A stretch of 64,000 nt of DNA from Octopus sinensis (taxonomy: Eukaryota), in NCBI RefSeq assembly GCF_006345805.1, contig NW_021833588.1:1-64000 (forward strand). Reading direction: 5' to 3'. Both the position numbers and the translations under genes were made by a program. This document shows, one piece after another, positions 52,218 to 63,141 of the stretch. Within the stretch, counting starts at the first letter, position 1. Every line of letters begins with the position of its first letter. The notes under the pieces are model-generated. The model was given only the letters and a program-made list of their open reading frames with translations, did no database searches and was not told the origin of the DNA.

Positions 52218-52600
52218 ATGAACGAAGTACACCGAATGGCTGGTAGGACCTTTTTTGGTCGAAAGTCATTAAAAGGACGTTATGAGGTTTTTTAATTATA
52301 AAAATTTAGTTTATTCCCATTACTGTCCTTATGTTTACGTCTTTTGGTCTTGCTACATTCGCTATAACACGTTATTTTTCTCAAAACCCTGAAGTCATGT
52401 ATTATTTATTTAAAAATATATATCAGGGTGAAGACATAAGAAGGTACCATGGTCGGGCACACTCAAGAGTGATGGTACTGTCCGTCAGTATCAAGTTGTC
52501 TTATACGTCTAATATATAGTTTTTACGTCTTGGGGATGACTACATCAGAAGAATGCCACAGAACCGGCCAGAGATCGAGGGACTCGAAGACATCTTTTAG
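52218..52600 (+). CDS. NDUFA4: NDUFA4/COXFA4-like (MLRQ family) small membrane protein, 4 exons
   Basis: EFIPITVLMF TM segment, NPEV, PW, QYQF...DY...RPE pattern; 23-nt first intron. Exon 3 needs an alternative acceptor or has a 2-nt indel. Confidence 0.7.
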
Positions 52601-52804
52601 TTGTAGTCGGAATAGTTGTACTAATATAGAATTCTTACTAACGTTCAATTTTTTAAACGTCTAAAATAATAGATAATTTTTCTTGTTTTTATAAGTGAAA
52701 ATAGGTCAGATTTAAATCCAAATTATTGTGAGTGTGCTAATTTCGAAATATAGACTTTTTTGAATAGCATAACTATTTTATGTAATAAGTGTTAAAAGAA
52801 TAAT

Positions 52805-52900
52805 CGATGGGAGGGCCAGCTCGACAATCGCCAAACTGTTCCCTCGTATAATGGCAGTCGAGAACCGCTGGAAAGGCCAGTCCACTTCCCGACGATCGTG
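52805..52900 (-). pseudogene. CRE-like retrotransposon 3' end
   Basis: WPFQRFSTAIIRGNSLAI. Confidence 0.65.
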
Positions 52901-52989
52901 AGTGCTTTATATATAAAGTATAATGTTATATGTAATACATTTTAGAAAATTGTGTCAATATTTGTGTGTTATTAAACAAAACATAATGT

Positions 52990-53940
52990 TCAATATTCAG
53001 AACATTAATTGTAAAATGCTACATTCGGTGCTATTCAAATGCATGGACGAACAAAATGTTGATCTAGTTACGTCCTCAGAGTGGTTTTTGAAGAAAATAA
53101 TGGTTCAAGGAGTGAAGAATTGTACACTCTCTTGCAGGATAGGAATTTGTTTTTCACATCCATTGGATCTTTATGCAGTCACTGCAAAAAATGCAAGAAA
53201 AACGATTGATGATTTGGCACGCAGTGCGGGCAAATGTTAAACATTGATTATCTGTAAGACACAGTGAAATTCATCTTCATTTGTATCGACTCTATGGTAT
53301 TAAAAGAGGAAGGGAAATAAAGAAAAATTCTATTCTGTCTATAATATCGACGCAGAATGTTAAATCCGAGTTGATACGTCAATTATGACAGAAACAAAAG
53401 TTAAATCGAAGTTGGAATCACTTCACAAAACAGCCTCAAACAAGTCGAAATCGAGAAATTCCATAAATATGATCTGCTTGCAAACCAACTTTCGATTCTT
53501 TATGATACAAAGGCAAAGATTATCCCGGTTGTCTTGACGTGGGAAGGCGTTGTTTCAAGACACTTCAAAAACTATATGGACAAATTATCAATTGAAAAAG
53601 CTTACATTCATTTAGTCTGTTGTTTTAAAAAGGACTCTAGAAAGCATGGTAGTTGAACACTGACATGGAGTGAATGTATCTGGTGAAGAATACACCTCTG
53701 TTGCTTACTAGCTTGCAGAAGTGGCATGCTGACGTGACACGTCGGTGAAAGCTATGAGACAATTATAAAATTTATCTGATAGGAAGATGGAAAGTGAGGA
53801 AGAACTGGGTGCAAACTCTTCTCCTAAAAGGAGAAGAGAGATTTCCAATAATCGGGACTGATAATCTAAATTAAATAGCTTAAGTAATCTGTCTGAAGGT
53901 TTATTTGTGTCGGTAAGCCTTCAATATAAGATCGCCATTT
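52990..53940 (+). pseudogene. R4-like LINE 3' half (zinc knuckle and REL), decayed
   Basis: LHSVLFKC...SSEW, LQDRNL, CSHCKNARKTID, VEIEKFHKYDLLAN...IIPVVLTWEG. Confidence 0.8.
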
Positions 53941-54635
53941 TAAATTTGTGACACATGGCACAGATATGTCCCTATAACACATCTACAATTGATTTCCCAG
54001 GACTGAATCCACTTTTACTAAACGACAGATAGTCATTGAAAGAATCTTTAATGTTGTCAAGTGGTACGAACAACAAGATTTATCTTATTGTGTTCAGGAA
54101 TATGCCAAATGTTGCTAAGAAGACCTCGCAGTTTGTTAGGTGTATAAAAGAAATCAACGTTTCGCTGTGCGCTATAAAATTCAAAGAAAACTACATTCCT
54201 AGCCCTGATTATTTATGAATTCAGGTCATAATTTAGTTAACATTTCCGTGTATTATCTGTTAGTTAAATACAATTTAATTTAATTATTAGTTTATTAATC
54301 GAGCCATAAGGAGGATGACTCCAAACCAGAAAATTATATGTGTTGGCAAAGTTACTAAAATTTATAAATAAAATCTCAACTTGACTTTTTGTCAATTACT
54401 TTCTCTATTACGTAGTCGAATTTATCCTAAATGTTAGAAATTAATATAAATACAATAAAATTATCGACACTTGAAAATATATTATCATTTAATGTTTTAT
54501 TTTCGGCGATTATTAAACCAACAAAAATGAGAAAGACAATCATTTTGATTTAACTGCACAAAATGCTATATTTATACCATTATTCATAATTAGCACACTT
54601 ACGTCTAATTTTACTGAGAAATATAAAATAGTGAA

Positions 54636-55905
54636 TTATTTTTTCCGAACCAACGTCCTCTGCTTATTAGGATCCCCGACAATCTGTTCCTGAGTAACCA
54701 ATCCCTTCCTCAGTCGAACTTCCTTCACAAGTTTGTAACCCAGTTGATCATCTCCACACTCCTTCCCCACTACCTCCCAATGTGAGAACTTGAACTGACA
54801 ACTACACATCCCCCTCGTCCTACTTCTCATCTCCTCCTCAATCCCGAATGAATTGACCATCGGAATATACCAATCACACATAAACACACTCAGATCATAC
54901 AAGTCCTCACTGACCACCCTTCCTCCTCTCCTCCCAATAACCCCTTTCACTTTCCCTGACCATTACTCTCCATAACTACCAATCAGCCAACCCGGCACTC
55001 GGATACTCCCCAACAACACAGGCTGCACTAACCGTACTCCACATGATGACACCAATACACCCCAAATGGCATTCCTCACATCACAACTGACCTGTCCTGA
55101 GTGATGTGAGTGTCCTAACTGTCGAATTGTGCAGCATAATCCATGAAGGGGTTTCTCACACAGGGGGCCTGCCTCCATTGCTAACTTAAAACCATTAATC
55201 TAACAAATACAACATTCTGACATACAATTGAAGACAGAGTCGACTGATTCACCCCATCCATACCATTTATGAGAATATTTGTCGAATAAACAGCACAAAT
55301 CTGCTTTGATGTTACCGATTACCTTATCAGAATCAATCATTTCACACTCCTTCCTCAATAAATCGACACCAATGGAGTAGTAAGTCAACACTCAGACAAC
55401 CTGAATGGGCAGTTGTTCCACACTTGAATCCAATAATCAATAAACGGTATCTTCTTCCTGCTCCTCCTGCCTTACAATCATGACATTCACTAACCCTCTA
55501 TTCGTGGGCAAACCACATAGCCACCCACTGCCTGAATTTTCTCCTTGTGATCACATTTTGCTTTTCAGGTCGAATAATTATTGCAAAAATAGTCCTGTCC
55601 CTTCTCCGTTAGACATATTTCATATTTAAGTTCATCAGCCGGCATCTCTCGACAAATGGGACAGGTGTAGCCCAGACTAGACACCACTTCTGCCTCCATT
55701 TGATTCCTTATATTATCGCATTAGTCATCACTCTCTCATCACCCGACCAAGCACACTCCCAACACTTCAAAAATAATTCCCCTTCTTTGGTAGACACATT
55801 GCAGCAAGTATAAAGGTTTTGACTGTAACACCGAGGACAGAGAATGTTTTCGTCGTAATATGTCACGAGCGCTAGACGCGAACAATCTAATTCACTCAAT
55901 GTCAA
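54636..55905 (-). other. Compositionally distinct cassette of short, closely packed Cys-rich ORFs (candidate endogenous viral element or TE cargo)
   Basis: Visibly higher GC than the flanks, purine/GT-rich minus strand, no micro-introns; CxxC motifs CPRC, CWEC, CPIC and CHDC; ATGs follow the preceding stops closely. Confidence 0.45.
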
Positions 55906-56138
55906 ATTAACTTATTTTATTAATAAATCCAGCACAATTATTATTTCTAACTGTAATCTAACTTGTTGGCATGTACTTTCATTGCTGATCCATCACTATT
56001 TTCCTCATTCACAAAATTGTTAGACAATTTGTCGCATAATTCTTGTGAATGCAAATCTTTTAAGTAATTATGAAATAAATACTATATCTCCAATGGGTGA
56101 TTCATATTTTGACACATGCATTTCCTTCTTTCTGTTTA

Positions 56139-58870
56139 TCTTAATAATAAAATGGTATGGTGTGTGTCTGTCTGTCTGTCTGTCTGTGTGTGCACACCAA
56201 CTTCAAATTGGCAATACGATGTCCTCGACTTACATGATAAGGTCCTTAAAACCTTCCCCCCAAAAAAAATTAAAAAAAAATTTTCTGCATTTTGGTTAAA
56301 ATGAACAACTACGATGTCCTCGACTTACATGATGAGGTCCTTAAAACCTTCCCCCCAAAAAAATCAAAAAAAAATTTTCTGCATTTTGGTTAAAATGAAC
56401 AACTACGATGTCCTCGACTTACATGATGAGGTCCTTAAAACCTTCCCCCCCAAAAAAAATTAAAAAAAAATTTTCTGCATTTTGGTTAAAATGAACAACT
56501 ACGATGTCCTCGACTTACATAATGAGGTCCTTAAAACCTTCCCCCCCAAAAAAATCAAAAAAAAATTTTCTTTCTGCATTTTGGTTAAAATGAACAACTA
56601 CGATGTCCTCGACTTACATGATGAGGTCCTTAAAACCTTCCCCCCAAAAAAAATTAAAAAAAAATTTTCTGCATTTTGGTTAAAATGAACAACTACGATG
56701 TCCTCGACTTACATGATGAGGTCCTTAAAACCTTCCCCCCAAAAAAAATTAAAAAAAAATTTCTGCATTTTGGTTAAAATGAACAACTACGATGTCCTCG
56801 ACTTACATGATGAGGTCCTTAAAACCTTCCCCCCAAAAAAAATTAAAAAAAAAATTTCTGCATTTTGGTTAAAATAAACAACTACGATGTCCTCGACTTA
56901 CATAATGAGGTCCTTAAAACCTTCCCCCCAAAAAAAATTAAAAAAAAAAATTTCTGCATTTTGGTTAAAATGAACAACTACGATGTCCTCGACTTACATG
57001 ATGAGGTCCTTAAAACCTTCCCCCCAAAAAAAATTAAAAAAAAATTTTCTGCATTTTGGTTAAAATGAACAACTACGATGTCCTGGACTTACATGATGAG
57101 GTCCTTAAAACCTTCCCCCCAAAAAATTAAAAAAAAATTTTCTGCATTTTGGTTAAAATGAACAACTACGATGTCCTCGACTTACATGATGAGGTCCTTA
57201 AAACCTTCCCCCCAAAAAAAATTAAAAAAAATTTTTCTGCATTTTGGTTAAAATGAACAACTACGATGTCCTCGACTTACATGATGAGGTCCTTAAAACC
57301 TTTCCGCCAAAAAATCAAAAAATTATTTTCTGCATTTGATTAAAATGAACAACGTTAATGTCCTCGACATTCATGATGAGGTCCATTAAAAATCTCACGT
57401 ATTAAGAATATCCTTGATGAAAACGACAGCGAGAATATTAACAATGATGAACTCCCAATTATTCGCGATAAAGAAATTCAATTCATCTTATGATTTTCTC
57501 TTTAAAATTAAATGCATATACCATTCAAAATTAAACCTATTATCATATTTGACTTTGACAGAATGTGCAATTACAGATTGCACGACCTTGAATAGAGTGT
57601 GCAATTAACAGATTTTGAAAAACACTTTGATAGTTGAAACCACATTAGCAAAATCATTAACACAATTTACCACCAATTGACAGCGCAATCAGAAGAATTT
57701 GCGTAAAAATATTAACTATTTAGTTAAGTTTTTCGTAAAGATAAAATTTATTTTCGGTATGCCTCTTTTCCTAAACTTTTTTATTATTCAAAAATAATTT
57801 TTTCAATAGATAACTGAAGGAGGGAAGACGACCTTAAGAAAAGAAGTTTTTCGTAAAGATAGAATTTATTTTCTGTATGCCTCTTTTTTCCTAATATTTT
57901 TTATTATTCAAAAATAATTTTTTAAATAGATAACCGAAGGAGGAAAAACGAAGCTGAAGAAAAAACGGTCAGCTTAAGGTAATTAAATCTTTTTTGTGTG
58001 TCGCTTTTTTGGCTGCTGCTACTCTGCCTGCCGCATCTCCGGCTGCCCCATCTCCGCCAGTGGTTTGTCTAATCAAGGTCACTAAGCTAAATCTCCGGAC
58101 TATAAAGGCTCTTAAGCATTATCTTAACTGGCTGTTAAAAAAATTAGACAGGTTGTTGCCGTGGCGGCAGAGATTTTTTTTGTTTATACTTTTTTACAAA
58201 TTTTTAAAGTTTTTTCATTTCTTTTGTTTTTAAATTATTTATTTTTATTTGTTTTTTTTTATTTTTTTTGTTATTTTCTACAAATTCAACCGGATTGAAT
58301 TTTTAAACTCCTTAGATCCCTCTGGAATGCCGAATCATCTTTTAAAGTTAAAGATAGGCGTTTCAGTGGTTTTATTACAAAATCTTGCGCCACCTAAATT
58401 ATGCAACGGAACGAGGTTAGTTATCAAAAATTTGATGGCTAACGTAATAGAGGCGACGATATTCACAGGTAAGTATAGAGGTGAGGATGTTTATATTCCA
58501 CGAATTCCGATAATTTCTGATGAATTACCATTTAGATTTAAAAGGCTGCAATTTCCTTTGAGGATGAGTTTTGCAATGACAATAAACAAGGCCCAGGGAC
58601 AGTCATTAAAGGTAGTTGGGTTATTTTTAGAGAGTGAGTGCTTTTCACATGGACAGCTGTATGTGGGATGCTCGAGGGTAGGCAGAAGAGAAAATTTATT
58701 CATATATGCCAAGGAAGGACAAACGACAAACATCGTTTATCAACAGGCGATAGAATAGGGTTACATTAAACCAGGTAGTTTTATACATCTACATAAACTT
58801 ATAGTTGTTTGATGAAACAGGCCCTCCGCAGGAGCTAGGTCGCGGTGAGCGAAGCGAGCTGCCGAGCTAG
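56139..58870 (+). mobile_element. Non-autonomous Helitron, copy 3 (most complete)
   Basis: A|TCTTAATAATAAAATGG ... GCCGAGCTAG|T; (CTGT)n; 95-bp array 56215-57400 (~13 units); uninterrupted PIF1 C-terminal frame ~58290-58758 ([46 protein letters not shown]). Confidence 0.95.
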
Positions 58871-59345
58871 TTCTCTTATAATACAGAGAATTTATTTTAC
58901 TTGAATTCGAATTTATCTTTAGTTGAACTAAAAGCATTTATTGTTAGTTTCGGAAGTGTATTGAAGTTCAAAATTCTATTCCGCTGTATAATTGAAGAAA
59001 CTTGCAGAGACCAAAATGCATAAGAATATAATGAATAGTCGCCACTTTTATTTTTAAGATTCCTTGTAAACGCATATTTTGAATATACGTCTATTACAGA
59101 GATGAACCAAGAAAAATTGTTGTTTTCATTTTTAAATCTACAGAATAAACTAATTTTATACTGTTTAAGATCAAGAATCATCATACTGTTTTACGGAAAC
59201 TTAAAATTTGCAGATATTGCATTTTTTAACAACTTTGCGAATGATCTGTCGCTTCAATATAAAAAATCTTAGGCTTCCGAAGCATTATGTCCACAATGAT
59301 TGGCTTCATGAATTTCACGTGCAATTATTTTTATCTCTTCTAAGC
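58871..59345 (-). pseudogene. rve-integrase remnant (HHCC finger and core start), split by Helitron copy 3
   Basis: IHEANHCG...KKCNICK, FISVIDVYSKYAFTRNLKNKSG; the frame resumes left of the Helitron as ...SPIGDIVFIS (~56070-56138). Confidence 0.65.
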
Positions 59346-59499
59346 TGTTTACATTTTCTAGGACGTTTACATTTCTAAGATATCGTTTATTATTATTAAA
59401 AGCACTCCCGAGAAGTCATAAAACTAATTAAGCTTCCCTTGTGCCGCGTGAACAACAATACTATCCCACAACCTTCTTCAGGTGTCTCTAATTTTTGCC

Positions 59500-60160
59500 A
59501 ATTCTCTCAGGTTGTCGAGTCAGTTCCAGAGATGTCATTGAGGTGGGTCGAAAATATTGAGGTGGGTCGAAAATATTTCAATTCTCTCAGGTTGCCAATT
59601 CTCCCAGTTCGTGGAGACATCGTCCTTTGATACTGTCCAGCAGATATTGTCGTGGGACAAGCGCTGCCAGCTAGGCATATCAAGGAACGATGCAGGCGAT
59701 ATTTCCGAAGCGGAGATTCTGGCAGCGATCTCCCGAAGTATGAACACTGCGGCGGGTCTGGATCGGATCCCTATTGCCATCTTTAAGAAGGCCCCGCCGT
59801 TGTTGATCACCGCCTTACAAGTCTTATTTAGCGGGAGCTTGCGACTTGGGATGATTCCCTCTAGGTGGAAAGTGGCTGAGGTAATCCTTATCGAAAAACC
59901 CAGGATGCCTCATGATGTCCACGGGCGATACATGCCTATTTCCTTGCTTCCCGCTGTATTTGAAATTTTAGAAAGGATCATGCTCCGAAGGGAGGGTCGT
60001 TCGTGTGGAGACTGCTTATGGAAGGTGTCCTCTGAGATGAAGTGCGCCCTCCAGAAGGAAGAGTGTGGTATGTTAGTTAGTCTTGACATTGAAAAGGCCT
60101 TCGACTCGGTGTGGGGAGCTCTCAGAAACCCAGAAATTGTCCCTCAAAGGCCTCCCTGAG
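59500..60160 (+). pseudogene. Jockey/I-like LINE RT fragment, same family as 11273-12128
   Basis: FVETSSFDTVQQILSWDKRCQL...LDIEKAFDSVW shared; internal deletion. Confidence 0.9.
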
Positions 60161-60318
60161 GTCTTAGAGAAGATAATGTCTAGGTGGCAGGTAAGGCGGT
60201 AAGTCTTAGTTTGCGGCTGAGAGGCAAGCGTGTGTGCGGGACTGAACAGGCAGGAATGCCGAAGGTCTTAATATACCCTCTACTAACAGCCTTTTTAAAA
60301 TAAAAATTTTTGTTCGTT

Positions 60319-62689
60319 CATAGTCAATAGATTTGGCGACCAGTGTAGTTACATTAATGATTCCATCATTAAAATTTTTTTATTAAATTTATTTTTTATT
60401 AAAATTATATATTTTTGATAATAATAAAATTCGTGCGAATAAATTAACATTGCAATAATTTAGGTCATCTTTGTGATTATATATGTTAATAACAATTTTC
60501 ATTTTTATTTTGTCTAATGTGATTTGTGGTCCAGTACCATTTCAAGAATGTGGGGGATCATCATCCATAACGAGCATTGATGTTAAAATAAAATGCGACG
60601 CAAAGTGTTGGATGTATGGAGCAGTCATACTGGTGATACGAATAAATTTAACAGCATGTATAAATAATATTTTATTTTTAGCTAAGTCAGTCGGACTGTT
60701 AAAAACAACGGCATACATTAAAAACCCACTCTTTTATTTTTTTGACCATATGAAAGCATGTCAACTTGCCAAAGGGCACTGTCCACCTGAAAAAAACGAA
60801 CAAATTTCCTTTGAATTTACCAGCCGACTTAGCAGAATTATATTTAAAGAGGTATTTTTGATATATGTATGATATAGTCGATGAGTCTCCAGCAAAAGGC
60901 TAATCGCATGAATCTAGATGTTATTTGGGAATTTTTTGACCACGATGTAGTAATCGCCTGCGCAAAATTTAAGATAAAGTCGATATTCTATGACCGAATT
61001 AATGTCAAATTACAGTGAATTCCATTAATATTCTTAAACATACTAACAATTCGGTTTTTTGATTAATTTTATTCAGAAAATTTCAATTTTAGCAGTGTTT
61101 TATTAGTCAAATGCAGTACCAGTCACCATTAAATAGAACATGCTATAAATTCAGAACTATAACACCAGTATTGCTAGTTCCACCATTTTAGAATAAATCG
61201 CATTGCTAAAGAGTTTCTAATTAAAATGAATTTTTATTAGAATTATAAACTCTAATAATAAAGCCACCTTGAATAAATTAAAACGAAAGAAATATAAAAA
61301 AGAGAAAAGATTAATTTAAATTAGTGTAAAACTTGAAGGTATTCATTAAAGTGGATACCCCCTTGAATAAATTAACCCCAGGACCTTATCGTGGACAACA
61401 ATATTGGTTTTGTCGTCCTGAACAACAACCGACGTGCGTATTGGGATATCTATCATAATGCAAACTTTCAAGTTCCCACAGACCGATTAAACTTGATGGG
61501 TTTGTAACTTTTTGGACCGCATCAATCCTTAATTATTGCAAAGTAGGAAATGGAAGAAACTGCATAATGCATCCATCTGTAATCATTTATAATTAATAAA
61601 ATAATCAAAAATTATCAATAGTTGATATTTAAGTAAGTGCAATTATTTTATAATAAATAATCTCACAGTCCGAATAAAATACACCCCAAATAATCTACAC
61701 TTGTCACAAATGGCCGAAAAAATTCGGGCAAGCCGCCCAAAAGTTTGCCCAGTTTACGAGAACTCGCCCTCATTGGCTTTAAGAACGACTATATTATAAC
61801 TAAGCCAAAAGTCTGTCAGAGTAAGCTACCATTATACGGAAAAGAAACAATTTTGTAAATGAAAACTTGGTCGGTGAGAAACAACCAGAAGATCTTTTTA
61901 TACATTTGACAATATTAGAAGTACCAAAACTATAATGTTGGATGACTAATATTAGTAAGAATAATTGTCACCGGTTGTGAACGATACCAGGGTGAGAACG
62001 ATCGCGCAAAATCGATTTTGTCTCAAGTGCCGTAACACCGGTAGTTAACGGCTATTGACTATTGAATTGTTTATTTTCTATGTAACAAACTCGTCACTAG
62101 ATTAAAAGGGGGAGAGAAGAGAAGAGCCAAACGAAACCAAGGAGACGGAAGAAACAAGTTTGTTTGCTGATTGGGGTCAATTCTAATGGGACACCAGATG
62201 TCCCTTCGATAAAAATAACGACCCCTTGCACCACTATTTATTTAAGTGATGCAACAGTTTTTCAATGGATCGTACCGATCCCTCCAGCTCTGGGGTTAGT
62301 TTGGATTTTAAGTCCAAGCCATGTGCCAGTTTAATGGCATATCTCCGCGTTTTTCTCAAAAGATCAATATGTTTCTTTCCTTCGCAGCTTCCGAACCATC
62401 CTTGAGATCCATAGATCAGGAAGGGTTCTATACACGCAGAGTATACGTATAAGAACGTTTCCGGTTTCAGCTGGAATCGCATCAGAGCTTTCAACATTTG
62501 GGTAGCCTTGTTCTTTCTCTTCCTTATATACATCTTGAATGAACCAGTTGCATCCACAACTATTCCGAGGTATTTAAGATCATCCACGGGTTTTATCGCT
62601 CCGGTGTTAATACAAACAACAGGTTTCCTTCTCCTTTCATTAATCCTGCAAACAGTGTTAACGGCAGCGAGCGACAAATTTAAATACGA
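60319..62689. repeat. Right arm of the inverted duplication
   Basis: Reverse complement of 47150-49560. Confidence 0.95.
60483..61018 (+). CDS. Secreted ML/NPC2-like domain protein, copy B, 3 exons
   Basis: First 34 aa identical to copy A; introns of 24 and 26 nt; exon 3 SMSLQQKANRMNLDVIWEFFDHDVVIACAKF; ORF intact. Confidence 0.85.
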
Positions 62690-63141
62690 GTCATTAAGTT
62701 TTCAAACCTAATAAACTCTAATTTCTGCCCTTTGGACAAAAAAACAAGCGTGTCGTTTCGTTTGAGCTACTCTTAAATACTTCAAACAACAAAATGTATA
62801 TATCTCATAGACTTGCTTAAAGAATGACAAATAATTACTGAATTAAGTATTATATAATAAGAATCGTTATACTTTTTAATAGAATACATTTCAAAGAAAT
62901 GTTTTGATACATTTTCCAATCAAAAAAGTATGCTTTTCTGTTACTAAAAACCTTCACTATAATGTGTCATTTTGTAAGCAAGTCTTCTAGTCTCCTTAGA
63001 AATCCCCAACATATTTAGTGATTAGAGACCATCTTTTCTGATATTTGAGACTCCAGGTCACAATGGGGGGAAACTAAATGACTGACAACTCAAAGATGAG
63101 AAAGCCAAGATATTAAGAAAAATTTATTTAAAGAAAAAGTG

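Noticed and set aside
55200-55700. TGA read-through or an alternative genetic code in the Cys-rich cassette
   Set aside because: Three in-frame TGAs are suggestive, but TAG and TAA also interrupt the same frame, TGG is used for Trp, and host genes end in TGA; decay is the simpler explanation
56045-57608. ORFs such as MNNYDVLDLHDEVLKTFPPKKIKKK as a repeat protein (also 1612-2020, 29736-29927)
   Set aside because: They are translations of the satellite; the frame changes with homopolymer length and is not conserved between units or copies
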